64,000 nucleotides of DNA from the human T2T-CHM13v2.0 reference genome, Homo sapiens (GCF_009914755.1 NC_060940.1), one strand, 5' to 3'; shown: positions 1-14,612, counted from the stretch's first letter. A program made the numbers and translations. The notes: generated from the sequence alone by a model not told the origin.

Positions 1-24
1 AAAGTTGGGGGCTCACCTACCCTG

Positions 25-205
25 CATCAACACTACTGATATTTTGGACAGGACAATTTTTTGGCATGAGGGATGATAGCTATGCACATTGTAGGATTAT
101 GGGCAATGTACCTGGCCACATTAGAGGTTAATAGCATCTCCCTAGTCATCACAATCAGAAATAGTGTGATGGGAAAGGCAAAACTGCCTCCTGTTGAGAA
201 CAACT
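25..205 (-). mobile_element. MER20 (hAT-Charlie) DNA transposon remnant
   Basis: cactactgatattttggacaggacaatt...gcacattgtaggat...ggcaaaactgcctcctgttgagaacaact resembles the reverse complement of MER20. Confidence 0.75.
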
Positions 206-454
206 AACATAGATGAAAAGAGGGATTCATGATGTCCCTGAGCATTCAGGACCAGTTCTATTCCGTAATGATTCTTCCTAAGACCAATTTTTCACTTTCT
301 TGCACATTCTGCACACAGATTATTACATTCATTGTTAATTATATTATGCAATTGATTGGATGTCCACTATATATGCCAGGAGCATGACTAGGTTATTAAT
401 ACCTATTATCTCCTTTATCTCCCCTGCTCTTAAATGTAGTACACCGGTCTAACA

Positions 455-1010
455 CTGCAGGTTGTAGTCCAGGACTGCCTAGGTTTCTCCAATACTTTAC
501 AGCTACGCAATCTGGAGAATGGTTACTATGTCTCAGTTTCAACAACAACAACAACAAAATTGGGTAATAATAGTATCGTATTAGTCTGTTTTCACACTTC
601 TATAAGGAAATATCCAAGCCTGGGTATTTATAAAGGAAAGAAGTTTAATTGACTCACAATTCCACATGGCTGGGGAGGCTTCAGGAAACTAATAATCATG
701 GTGGAAGGTGAAGGGGAAGCAAGGACTTTCTTCACATGGCGGCAGAATAGAGAAGAGAGAGCGAAGTGGGAAAAGCCCTTTCTAAAACCACCAGATCTCA
801 TGAGACTTCACTCACTCTCGTGAGAACAGAATTGGGGAAACTGCTCCCATGATCCAATAACCTCCCACCAGGTTCCTCCCTTGACATGTGAGGATAACAA
901 ATTAAGATAAAATTTGGTTGGGGACACAGCCAGACCATATCAAGTATCTACCTCAGATGTGTAAATTACAAGTAAGGTGCTTATTACCGTGGCTAATACA
1001 TAAAAACAAC
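455..1010 (+). mobile_element. MIR, split by the THE1/MST LTR at 577-942
   Basis: gactgcctaggtt...tctcagtttc...aaaattgggtaataatagtat, resuming after the LTR as ctacctca...gtaaggtgctt. Confidence 0.65.
577..942 (-). mobile_element. THE1D/MSTA-type MaLR solo LTR
   Basis: gtattagtctgttttcacac...gggacacagccagaccatatca termini; 5-bp target-site duplication (TSD) AGTAT at 572-576 and 943-947. Confidence 0.92.
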
Positions 1011-1039
1011 TAATGTTTACTGAACTCTAACGGTTATAT

Positions 1040-1160
1040 TAATTCCATTTGACAGATGAAAGGACAGTTGTGCTTATGGATAAAGTAACTTGCCCCAGGT
1101 CATAGAGCTAAAAAGTCTCAGAGCTTGGATTCAAATACAGAACTATCTGATTTAAATGTC
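1040..1160 (-). mobile_element. MIR fragment
   Basis: ccatttgacagatga...aagtaacttgccccaggtcatagagcta...ggattcaaa, the antisense MIR core. Confidence 0.7.
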
Positions 1161-2832
1161 TCATTATTTTTCACAATACAACAGTACATAAATTGCTAGA
1201 CAGCATGTTACTGCCCGTCTCCATGTCCTTTTTAAATTGTGTTTCTTTTGAATCCTCAACCCCTTATTCTTGGCAATAATGACTCCCTAGTTTGGTCCAG
1301 ACTAACAATGTTTGCATGATATTTTAAAACACTAAAAAATGCAGTACTTAACAAATTATCAGTAAATACATTAAGTTCTAATGGAATCTGCCATTTATTG
1401 GAATGAAATAATTTGACTAATTTGTTGTAGCAAGATGCTCTAGGAAAACTTCTAGAAAACTGGAGAAAAATTGGGTTCTAGTGTGGCTTGGACATTAACA
1501 ATCTGAGTCCCAGAGGTCTGGAGACAACCTGCCGAAGTTCTCTGTCTCTTGGCATTTCCGATTTCATGTTGTCTCAGTGAATTTTGACTCTTTTAAATGT
1601 ATCCTGTATGCAGTGTGTGCTCAACAAACATCTTTAGAAAGGATGAATAAATGACTTGATTACAAACCCATGATATTTTCCACAGCAGATCTTCAAAAGA
1701 TGACAATATTTGTTTTCTCATTCCAGCATGTTCGCACTCAAATATTTTGGCATCCAAGCATAAATCATTGAGAAAAAGACCCTTTTAATATTTTTGTACC
1801 ATAGTATCCAAATTCTAGTTAGAAAAGAATTTTCTCTTGTTTAAAACGACAAATTTCAAAGCACTTTATTTTTGCAGGGTTCATTTGGTTTCACTGTGGA
1901 ACAGAAAAATAGGACTCATTCCAGAAGATAAATAAATTTGGTGACTTTAAGGTTTGGAATTTATTGTTTTACCTCCTGGGGAAATACAGCAAACAACGAC
2001 ACACATTATTCTGTCTGAATAATTTGTTTGCCCTATGAAATCCCCAGTCAACAATTAATATTGCAGGTTCTTTGAGAGTTTAATGTATTTATAGATAATT
2101 TGTAAGTACTGAATTTTTAAGTGGTTTCAAATATCCAAGTAAGCAATGTGAGCCTGGAATAATCTGCATGTTCATTTGCTAAACAATTTATGATAGAAAA
2201 CATTGCTACATTCTGATTCCATGTTTTTATTTTATTATTTAGGTTTCTAAATCGCTGTTCCACATAATAGAGAAAATTCAACCTGTTAATTTCAGTAAAT
2301 CTCTAAGGAATTATAAAAATAGTTACCAATTATGGGAAAAATATTTTCTGATTAATCAGCACTTGATGAAAAGGACCATTAGCTTTCTTAGTATTAACGG
2401 GACTCTTCATCACAATTACTGCCTGTGCATGCTTATTGATTAATTGACTAGAAGAAGAGATGGTGCATACATCAACCTGTATTCTTGGAAAGAAAAGCAT
2501 TATAGAATTAGAGCTATAATTACTATCTTAAAGAAACTCTGATGTGAGGAACAGATGGGAATACTAGAATAGATTTGATTAATGTTAAAAATGTTCTGAT
2601 TCTGAAAAAAGTAACACATCCAAAGTATTAATTTGTTCAATTCCCTGTTGAAAACAAGTAGCACCCAGATGCCCCTTACGTTGAATTTACACAATGAGAA
2701 TATAATGTTTTTATTAAGACATCTCCTATCTGATGGTTTAGAAGGGAAAATATTTTTCTTTTGGACATTAGAATACAAATAGAAGAACCTTCTAATAGTA
2801 ACTCATTTGGAAATAATTATTTGAAAAAAATG

Positions 2833-2997
2833 TTTTTTGAGATGATACCTTTCTATGTTGCCCAGGCTGGAATGCAGTGGCTACTTCATAGATGCGATTG
2901 TAGGACACACCAGACAGAAACTCCTAGGCTCCTGTCATTCTTCTGCTTCAGCTTCTCAAATAACTGGGACTACAGGCACATGCCAACATGTCCAGAG
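2833..2997 (-). mobile_element. FAM (fossil Alu monomer, 7SL-derived)
   Basis: Monomer-length Alu-like sequence with tgcagtggctacttcatagatgcgat, the FAM-type segment absent from dimeric Alu; explains the ORF at 2761-3030. Confidence 0.7.
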
Positions 2998-3139
2998 GTG
3001 ATAATTCCTAATAGGGCAACAAATATTTGACAGAGGACTGTACTCATGATGAAATGAGCATGGGCTATAGAGAGAGATCTCCCTGAGTTTGCTTCTGGCT
3101 CTGCCATTTCCTAGTGGTGTGTCCTTCAGCACAGTCTTT

Positions 3140-3632
3140 ATTTATTTTTTAATTTGCATATAGTAAAACTCAATCATTTTGTTGTTGAGTTCTACGAATT
3201 TTGGCAAATGCATAGTGTGTTTCAATACCACAACAATCTAATGAAGAAATATAATATTCCCATCACCTCAAAATATTATCTTTGCTGCCCCTTTGTAATC
3301 AAATGCCTCTCCTGTACCCTGGTAACCACTGATCTGTTTTCCATCTCTAGTTTTTCCTTTTCCAAGGCATCGTTTAAATTAAACCATAGGTAGCCTTTTG
3401 AGTTTAGCTTCTTTCTCTTATTATAATGCATATTCAAGTAAAATAAAAAGCCATGTTCACACAAAAACCTGCATTTGAATTTTCATAGCTGTGTTATTGA
3501 TAATTGGCCTGTACTAGAAACAAATCTAATGTCAAGTGGTGAATATAGAAACGAACTCTTCTATATCCAATAGAATAATACTCAGCAGACAAACTACTGG
3601 TACATGCAACAATGTAGATTGATCTCAAATGC
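3140..3632 (-). mobile_element. Ancient L1M 3' end with an inverted upstream segment (3140-3437 minus, ~3445-3632 plus), inserted in a MIR
   Basis: ggtaaccactgatctgttttccatctcta and gtagccttttgag (antisense L1M) abut atgttcacacaaaaacctg...tacatgcaacaatg (sense L1M); MIR halves at ~3060-3135 and ~3640-3790. Confidence 0.7.
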
Positions 3633-3975
3633 TTTGGCCAATTTTAAATCTGTGCATTTGCCAATCTTCTCATCTGAGAAATGAAAAAAAAATGCCAGAA
3701 TTGCAAATTCATGGTGAGAGCTGAAATATTTAATGTAAAATATTTTGTAATGTGTTCAGCTCATAGAAGTTGCTGGAATACTTTTTTGCACTATTATTTT
3801 ACATTTTTATGGAATAATTTGATTAATTGAGTACAATAGACAACAGTGGTTAAAACAGAAATATAGCTACAATCAAAGTCATTCCAATGTCATAATTGCG
3901 CAAGTCCTGGTTTTGGAAAGAAGGGATGGTATAAAACTTCAGGCTGTGACTGCTATTTCCTTGGCTCACTCATAT

Positions 3976-4622
3976 TGGTACAGACAGGAGACAGGGAAAT
4001 ACTGGGTAGAAGAGGGCAGTTCCCCAGCAAAGGCCCCACCCTCAAGCCTGGATACCCAGGGCCCTAAATGGGAACAGGCATTCCTATTTTTGTGCCCAAA
4101 AAGTTGCCTTTTGTCCCACCACACCCTACTATCCTGTACCCATATAAACCCCAGACCCCAGGATCCAGAAGGAAATGAGGAGACAAGCAGAGGAGCAGAA
4201 CGTGTGGCAGACAAGGAAAGAAGAGAAGGAATGTCAGGAGGAGTTCGGCTGCAGACAGTCAGAGAATCGGCTGCTAGATGGCCAAACTCCAGGTGAAGAT
4301 CATTTCCCCACTCCACCCCCTGTCCAGCTCCCCATCCATCCTGCTGAGAGCCACCTCCACCACCCAATAAAACCCTGCATTCACTATCCTTCAAGCCCTT
4401 GCAGAAAGGCAGAGGGTCCACTGAGCTGGTTAGCACTTAAGCTGTTGGTGGACAGCAAGACTAAAAGAGCTCACTGTAATATACACCCACTTGGGCTCCT
4501 GCACCTGTTTGTCTGTGTGCTGCCCCTCCTGTAAGTGGTTTGAGCAGTGTCGGTGACCAAACAGACGAGTCACACCCCTGTTGCACATCCTGCAAGGGAG
4601 GTCAGGGAACTCTCCCGTTTCA
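3976..4622 (+). mobile_element. ERV1 solo LTR, LTR27/LTR1/LTR28 group
   Basis: TG...CA termini; acaggagacagggaaatactgggtagaagagggc start; TATA-like catataaa ~4141; AATAAA ~4366; gggaactctcccgtttca end; 647 bp. Confidence 0.85.
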
Positions 4623-4749
4623 TTATGGAGGGGAGATAATCTCCATGTCCTAAGAAAGGGTTTCCTCCTGCTATAGTTGCTGTGCTTCAAAAGATATACA
4701 TAATAGAATAATAATGACAAAACATAAAATAATAATATAGAACATACAA

Positions 4750-4930
4750 CACATGCAAGGCACTGTGATAAACTGCTTAAATATATAACCTTATTTAATA
4801 CTTGCAACAATCTAATAGGAAAGTTATTGTATTCCACAGATTACAGATGAGGAAGCTGAGATCAGAGAGGTTAAAGAATTAAAAGAACTGAATTTAGAAT
4901 GCAGATAGTTTGTAGCAAAACCCTAGGTGC
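4750..4930 (-). mobile_element. MIR
   Basis: ttacagatgaggaagctgagatcagagaggttaa core. Confidence 0.75.
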
Positions 4931-5201
4931 ATATACACTGCCTCTTGAATTAAATAGTGATGTTAATTCAATATAAATATTTTTAGTACTTTCATATGAA
5001 GGGTTTTGAAAATTATGTGGAAAGAGTGTTCTACTGGTGACAGTATTTCACTTTCTAATATCTATGCACACACCATCTTTAATCTGAATGGTCTTTGTTA
5101 TGTAGACATTAGAATTTTGAATTGTGGGAGTTAGATAATAATTTTTGAAGGCACAGAATGAATTTCATTAATCTTCCTCTTTTTCAAAAATATATGGTAT
5201 G

Positions 5202-5680
<479 letters not shown>

Positions 5681-6449
5681 ACACAACTTTACTCTGTCTT
5701 TTTACAAGATAGCTCTAAGTCAAGTTTTAAAGTTTAATTGTATTTGTTTTTAATTCTTAAAATATGAATGAAAGGAAGTGAAAATGTAAAACAATGTGAA
5801 TTATAATTTACTGTATTTGCAGTTTACTGGTTTAAAATTTACTCACAAGCCTTTTACCTGTCTGCCAAGATGTAATCTTTCCTCCAACATGATATAAGGT
5901 GACTTCTGATCAGCTGCCCCTCACTGAATGTTTTCAGGCACGTTTTTTTTTTTCAAGTTCAATTGCAGGAAGAGTCAAGTAGCTGATATTTACAGAGTTT
6001 TCCCTAGTCTGTAAGGACACAATGCGGCATTCAATTTTGTGGTTTACCTAGCATGCTGGACTCCCTCTGAGGCTTAGTGACTGCCTACCACCAAAAAAAT
6101 AATAGAGGTGCAGGGGATTCTGGGAAATAAATGGATATTATTGAAAAACCAAACAATTGTAAATCAACATACAGGCTTTTTCTAGTCTTATTATTTTCTT
6201 CAGCCATCAAGTGCCTTCCTTATTCATCCGTTTTGTGGATAGAGAGCAAATTCTTTACGTATACATAAAACCAAAGTGTTATCAGCAAGATACTCAATGA
6301 TGTGGAATTTAATGAGGCTGAAACCTTTTGAAAGCCTAGAACTATGAACTTGGCAAAGCAGGAAATGAATTGTATACAATTGAGAGGGAGGATGTTAGAA
6401 AAAAGGCATTACATTCAAAACAGGAAGAAAAGGCTGAAAAATGTGATCA

Positions 6450-7040
6450 CTCTTTACACAATAAAGGTCAATTTCAAAGACAGTAATTTGCAGTATCTAC
6501 TAAAACTTCACATATGCTCGCTCTGTGACATAGAAATTCAACTCCTTGGTGTACACCCAGTGGAAATGTGCAGATAAATTTATTTTAAAATATGTACAAG
6601 AATGTTCATAGTAACACCTCAAAATAGCTAAAGTTGGGAATTACCAAAATGCCCATCAACTGGAGACTGGATAAATGAACTAAGATGTATATATTTCCAG
6701 GTGAATATAACACAACAATAAATATAAATATTGTACAATTACACCACAATAAGATGATTCCTGAAAACATGATGTTAAGAGAAAGAAGCCAGATACTATA
6801 TTGATTCTCATTACCTAAAATATGCAAGCAGGCAAAACTAACCTATGCTGTTCAAAGTCAGACAATGCCTGTTCTGGGGGTGTCGAAGCATGATAGAAGA
6901 GAACATGAAGAATTCTTATGGAGGGCTAGTAATAGTTTTGTTTCTTGGTCTATATATTAGGTACCAATTGTCTTAAGTTTATGCAGGTTCATTCATTTGC
7001 AGATATTTGACAGATATACTTTTCTATTTAAATATTAAAC
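6450..7040 (+). mobile_element. L1M (L1ME-like) 3' fragment
   Basis: actccttggtgtacacccag...aaatgcccatcaac...gaaagaagccagatac...caggcaaaactaacctatgctgtt. Confidence 0.8.
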
Positions 7041-8004
7041 TTCAACATAACATAAAAATAACAATGAAGTCTAAAGTTATCTGTAAAAAAAGGGAGCATT
7101 TGTGTACATCATATCTCAACAGAAAATATGAGCATCTCAGCCAACAGAGGGTTAGCAAGAGTGAGGACTGATCTGTTCTGTATATGTTTTCTGTATGGGT
7201 GTCTAGTTCCAGGGCCCCATGGTCTTTTACTAATGGCTTCACTTAACGTGTCTCAGTGTGGTAGAGCTGGAGAATCACGGGCTGTCATGCTAGTCAGAGG
7301 TGAAGTTTAATCCCTGCTCTACAACTCTCTAGCTAAGTAGAGTTGAGTGAGATTTTGACCAACATTCAATGCTCAAAGGAGTAGTGTGAGGCTGTTTTTA
7401 AGATCATGGATTTATGTAGATAAAAATTTTCTCATGCATATAAAGTATCTAATGATAACACAAGCCTCTCCCTTTCTTCCACATATACATACACATAGAG
7501 AAAGAGTAGAAGAGAACAATAGGTATATCCATATTTATAGTGATACAGATACTTTAAAGATGTAAAGGCCTACTAATTACATTACAATTAACTTGTTTAC
7601 TTACCTGAAATTTAACAAAGAACAAGAGGTTTACAAATATGCTGAAACATTCATTAACCAACAAAAGGAAGTGAAATAATTAAGTGTACAGGCTAGGATG
7701 TTCAGGTCATAATAGACATAGAAGTGAGTGAGCACCGTACAAAAATATGATGCAGCCATCCTTTCACAAGCTTAAGTTTTATGAGAAGTTTTTGAGAGAT
7801 TTTTTAATGCTTTCCTAGAATAACATATCAAAACTCTTTAATTTCCTTCAGGTAATTAATAGTGACTGATTAGGAGAGATCTTGTTTAGCTTGCTTCAGG
7901 TACACAATGAGCAAAAATAATTAAGAATAGATTGTTTAGAATCTGTCACATCTTTTTGCTAGAAAACAAAATGCAAAGTGTTCTCTAAGATTTACAAATA
8001 TATT

Positions 8005-8338
<334 letters not shown>

Positions 8339-10512
8339 CTATGATATATGAGGATAAGACTTTGGTCTTTGCTAATCTTCAACAATCAGCGCAGTGTCTA
8401 GCAGGTAAGAGGTGCTTAAATATTTGCAAGTAAACAAAAACAAATGTATGGCTGTATACATATATGAGTCAAGTATCCTAAATACAGCTTTAAAAGTATA
8501 AAATAATACCAACTAAGAACTGACCCCTTTGTTATATGCTTCACTCAAGTCAACAGTAATTTATACCTCCTTCGCCTCCTTCTCCATTGCTCATACTTTT
8601 AGGAAAGCATAGGTTTGTTTTGTAGTTCATAGACCTATTTAATCCAAATTATGTTAATAGATAATATTTGATAAATAACCATTAATCAGTTTTATGCATA
8701 TGTTTCAGAACAGAAAATATTGTTTGCTTTCTTTTTCATAGATTATAAGACATCTATTTATTAAAATATTACAAAATTTGTTCCTGCATTCTCTTTTCTG
8801 TTTAGAATTGTATGTGTGTGTGTTTGTCCTATGTCCCACAGACATATGTATGAAAGAGTAAAATAATTTCTTTTTTTTATTTGACCAACTAGCATTATAT
8901 TTTAAAAGCTGAGGGCTTTTGAATGTTTACACATCCCATATAAAAATTTACTTATTGATTATCTTAAATAGACATCCTCACAAGATGATACCATTAAGTA
9001 AGAAAACACCATTTCTGGGAAGAAATGGTCCATCACTCAGCACATAATGCATTGCATTAACCCAATCCACTTCCTAATATATTTTTAAAAAATCACTTCA
9101 CTTTTGATATTCACATGATTCCCTATTGCTCCTTGTAATATGAACGTATGTTTGAAAGATGGTTCAGTAAAATCATGTTCCTAAGTAAAACTCTCTTGTT
9201 TCTATCTTTTTTATTTTTTAAAATCAGCTAAACTAGGCCAAAGCAATAACTATGAAAAATGAAATGAGAGTGCTGATGTTCATCACTAAGTGCAGATGTA
9301 TCTAAAAACAATATAATTTTAATTTCTGGAAGTAGTATTCATTTGAGTACACTCTTGAGTAGTAATGAATGTGTGTTTATTCATTACTATGAATAATTCT
9401 CTTTTCTTTGGCGATATTGTTATTATGTAGGTGGGAAATTCTTTTGAAAATTTCTTTAGGATTATTAGTGATCATGGCCATAACACACTCAAATATTTAA
9501 AGTAAGTCTGCAATGCATTTTGTTTTTACTAGTTTATGACAAGCATTTCTTTCATTGGGGAAGCATGCCTTTTTCATTCAGTTTTCTCTAATTCCAGGGA
9601 TAGCTGTCTGACTTAATTCAGGTCAATTTGAGTCTTTTCAGTACCTTTTGGGAAAAGCTCTCTCTTTTTTATTCAGTTACCATTTAAAGAACCATGTGAT
9701 GCTAATGGTGTCATTGCCTGTAATTCCTCCCAAGAAAAGAGATGAGTTTTCGAAAATGATGTACCACCGAGCAAAGGAGCATCAAGACATTAGGGGGGAA
9801 AAGAACCATGACCCCCCTTTCTTTTTTCCTCTTAAACCACTAGTGTTTTAAACAAGGTTAATTCTTCAAAGTTCCCTTGACCATGAGCCATGAATTCCAC
9901 TTTTATCAAAGCTCGTTTGAAATGATCAGCACTTCTTGTCACAGGTGATAAAATACAGTGAATAAATATGTTTCTCTGTTAGTAAATGCTACGAAAGTAT
10001 GGATATATAATATTTATATCTATTTTTTATACTTGATGAAGCCCTTGGTACAAATTAGAAGTTTTGTAAAGGTTTCTTAATCGAACAATTAAATTGAACT
10101 GAGGGGAAAAAAAAATCAAGAAAAAATTTTAAAAATTTGAGAAATGTGTCAATCATTTCAAAAAGTACAATAATATCCCATAACAAATATTATTATCACA
10201 GTGATACAATTTATTGCCAGAACAACTACTTCCAGATGAGAGGCAAAAGAGTAATATTCTCTTTAAATTCTTCGGTCAGATTTTTTTTTTCTTTTTTACC
10301 AAGAAAGAGTAGGGGATTTGAGTTTAATCTATACTCAGTTTTATCAGAAATGTGTGTGGCTGGCAGAAAATTAAATCCTAGTCATTGTTGTCTCTTCCTG
10401 GGGTCACCTGAAGGACCAACACAGGGGTGTTATACAGAATATTTAGGAAATACCTCGAATCTTCTGTCCACACCAGGCACCACCAACATAAGCTCATGAT
10501 CTGGAATAGCTT

Positions 10513-10927
10513 TGTATCAGGCTGTTCTTGCATTGCTATAAAGAAAAACCAGAGACTGGATAATTTATTTAAAAAGAGATTTAATTGGATCCTGGTTCTT
10601 CAGGCTGTATGGGGAGCATGATGCTGCCATCTGCCTGGCTTCTAGGGAGGCCCCAGGAAACTTACAGTAATGGCAGAAGGCAAAGAGGGAGCAGAAATGT
10701 CTTACATGGTGACAACAGGAGCAAGAAAGCAAGGAGGAAGGTGCTACACACTTTTAAGCCAGCAGATCTTGAACTATAGTGAGGACCCTATGAAGGGGAT
10801 GGTACTAAATCATTCATGAGAAATCTGTCCCCATGATCCATTCACCTCCCACTGGGCCCCACCTCCAACATTAGGGATTATATTTCAATCTGAGATTTGT
10901 GTGTGGGCACAGAGCCAAAGTATATTG
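10513..10927 (-). mobile_element. MST (MSTA/MSTB) MaLR solo LTR
   Basis: tgtatcaggctgttcttgcattgctataaagaaa...catgatccattcacctcccac...gagatttg. Confidence 0.88.
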
Positions 10928-11339
10928 AGCATATTTTCCAATGATTCAGGTTTCTTTAGATTTCATGCTAAAGAAGATCTTTAGCATGATCTTCTTTAGT
11001 GATTCTGGGAGACCACTGACCTAAAATTTGGTCTCTGAAAATACACCAAAGTCATTCATTTCTTCACCCTCCTAGGAGATAGGGAAGTCTTTACCTTCCC
11101 AGACATGATTGATAGGAGAAGGTCGTGAGGCTTTTGCTGAGCCCCAAACGACCATCCCTACTGCAATCTTGGAGAAGTCCAAAAGAAGAAACTCAAAAGA
11201 TGGCAGGGAAAGGAAAACAGAGGTAAGAACTAGAAAACAAATAATAAAGGGGTAAACCTAAGTCTGCACATGTGATAATCAAATACAAATGATCTAACAT
11301 TCCAATTTTGAACAGAGAATGGCTAAATGCATAAAGAGG

Positions 11340-12440
11340 GATATTATATAATGATAAAAGACTTCTCCAAGAAGTCAAAATAAACATAGATTTTAAAAAA
11401 CTTGAATATGCACTTCAGCAAAGAGCAAACGTAGATAAAACATAAGCACATAAAATGGTTTCCAACATCATCACCCATTAAAGTAATACAAATTAAAAGC
11501 ATGATGGGCACCACTACACATCTGCTAGAATGACTAAAAACAAACAAAAAACAAGCAAACCAATGAAAATCTGAAAATACCAAGTGGTAATGAGGATGAA
11601 GAGTAACAGGAATTCTCATATGTGGTTGTTGGGAATGCAAAATAATACCAGCCCTCTGGAAGGGTTTATCAGTATCTTATAAAGTTAAGCACACACAATA
11701 CCATAGGATCTAGAGATTACACACCACAGTGTTTACCCTAGAGAAATAAAAACAGGTTCACACAGAAACTTGTACACCAATGCCTATAGCAGCCCTATTT
11801 AATGGTCCCAATCTGAAAATATCCCAAATGTTCTTCAATGCGTGAATAAACAAACTGTGGTTCATCCACACAGTGGAATACTACTTAGCAATATTAATGA
11901 ATCTTCTGTCCACATCAGTCGCCAGTGACATATGCTTTGAGACACACAAAACCTTGTACAAATTTCAAAGGCATTATAAGTGACATATTCCAGTCTCAAG
12001 AAATTTTATGCTTTATGATTTCATTTATGTGACAATCTTGAAAAGACAAAACTATTGTACTAGAGAATAAATAGGTGGTTTCCAGGGTTTATTGGTCAGG
12101 GGGTGCCATGTTTATAAAGAAATGGAAGGGAGGAGTTATTTGGGGGTTATCCTGTATCTAGATTTTGATGGTTGTTACATGAATCTATACATAGACTCAA
12201 ATTTCTAAGCTGTACACCAAAATAAAAATTGCTAATAGAAAATTCTGCTTTTTAAAAACATGATTATTTGTCAATGTAGGGTCATTGATTTTAACAAATG
12301 TACCACTTTGATGAGGGATAATATTGATAGTAGGGAGGGTGAGGCAGGGCACCAGGGGATTATAGAAATGCTATGTACCTTCTGCTCAATATTGCTGTAA
12401 ACTAAAGCCACTGTCTAAGTAAAGTCTACTTAAAAAAACA
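11340..12440 (+). mobile_element. L1M (MC/MD-like) 3' fragments
   Basis: cacttcagcaaagag...gaattctcatatgtggttgttgggaatgcaaaa...aaacaaactgtgg...aacaaatgtaccactttg. Confidence 0.8.
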
Positions 12441-14612
12441 AAAAGCAAAAATAACGTACCTCTTTTATCTTACTATATAGGATACACCAGCATAATTTTC
12501 TCAAAACAAACAAAACCATATGAGAGAAATTCAGTTCTATTTGCAAGTTTCATCTACTTTAAGCCCTGAAACATGAATCACATTATAGCAAGAGGACTCA
12601 AGGACTTAGCTACCTTCATGTATAAGGAGAGTAAATATCCATACACTTCTACTCAAAATATAATTTGTGATCTCAATAAATCATCCTGAAGCTCATGGCA
12701 TGAGAACCTTCCCTAAAGAGTGGTACTCATGGGCACGTCCTGCAGGAAGCCCCTGACATTCAGTTCATCTTGTGCCTTAATCATGAAAAAACCCAAAACC
12801 TGTGAGGCAGAGTACTGCTATTACATATTTCTTATCACTATTCCTGTGAAGTCACTGAACTTCAGTGCCCAAAAGTTTCCTTAACTTGCTGCATGTCAAA
12901 ATCTTTCTTGTTTCTCTCAGATGCATTAATAAAGGTCAACCTGCAGTAGCTCAGAATGGTAGAAATCAGACTTTGAAAACACCTGCAAGGTACCAGGCAC
13001 CATTCAAGGTAATTAAAAGTGGTCTCCTTTGATCCTTGAATCCACCAAGTGAGGTACCTAGATATGAAACCACCATGGGAGGCAGGAACTCTGCTGCAGT
13101 GGAATCCTGGTTTGGGCACGTTTAAGTAAGTTGTCCGTGGACAAAACTTGAATAGGTGTCAAGGCCAAACATGGCAGAATTCCCATTTCCAGTTGCTGCT
13201 GAGATTATAGAACACAGGGCAGTGGCGTAAAAATGAAGCATATACAAACCAAAAAGGTAACCAAAGTTACTTGCCATTTAGAAACATTTCAGTTCAGGTT
13301 CATTTCTTTGGTTGATAGTTTTCTTTTTCCATCACCATTATAATACAATTACTTCCCCAGCTGGAGGTTAACATCCCATTCACTAGTTAATTTTTTTAAG
13401 CCATAATCTGCATTTTGCCTCTTTGTCCATGGAATCTTGCCTATAGCTACCCTCTCATTCATGAATTAATTTCATCCTCTCCAAATGAGCCAGAAAAGTT
13501 TTGTTAATATTGTATTCAACTGCAAGAATTTAATCAATGTTGTCTTTCTTTGCCAAAATACTGATAAATCATCATATTTTTTCCTTTCTATGGTCACTCC
13601 TGGAATCACTGACCATCTCTGAAGAGAAGACCTGGTAAAGCCTCAAGTATCTTTTGAGCAAAATCTGTTAATAGTTTTAAAACAAAAACATGGGAAAATA
13701 TCATAGTTTGTATTAGAGATTTGACAATTATATCAATGAATATTATAAATGTTTTTTAAAACACTCATGTCAAAATCTAACCGCTCAGGCAAACTAAGAA
13801 AACCAGAATACTCAATCAATTTTTTTAAACTTATTTATCTCATATTTGTTCATACTTTTCTGCTAAGAATCCTGGGTTAAAACTTCTCAGGATTTCTGTT
13901 GTTGGTATTCCCTCTCCACTCTCTCCCTACCCCTCCAGCTCACTGGTCTGGCTGCTAGCTTTACCTTCTTTTTTAAATCCATCCTTCTTAATAAAAATAT
14001 CAGATAGTTTTTTTTTAATAAAATGCAATTGTATGCCATAAACTCTCTTTTGAAAACTCTTGCTATTATTCTCCGTTCAGAATGAAACCAAATCCCTGAG
14101 TTCATTCAGAATTGGTCTCCTCCCTGTATTTCCAGTCCTACCTTTTCCTGAACTGGCTGACATCTGTTGCCCTCTGACAATATTGGATACCTTGCCAATC
14201 TGCTTGTACTTTTTGCTTAAGTTTTGTGCATCTGCACACATGCTATTTCCTCTACCCAGAAGGCCTTTCCTTCGATCTGCTAGAAATCTATTTATTACCT
14301 TCTCACCTCAGCTTGATGCTTACTTATTGCCTTTCTTTGCCTCCTCAGAAAGAGTTCAGAATGCCTTCCTTTGTATTCTCACAAAGCTGGGCTTTAAAAA
14401 AGAGTGGCAGTTCTCCTACTGTCATTCTCTCATTTGATATGGATACTCTCACAAATCACAACAACCTGTGTATCATGTTTCTATAAAATTTCAACATTTC
14501 TTCACTGAACACAATTCAGGATGGATGAGAAGGTGTGTCAATCTTATGATAACCATTTTTGCCACAGTTTGGTACACAGTCTACAGACAGAGAGCAGAGT
14601 GTCACTTGGTGG

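Noticed and set aside
3913-4534. Overlapping 119-156 aa ORFs
   Set aside because: They lie in a GC-richer solo LTR and show no recognisable domain
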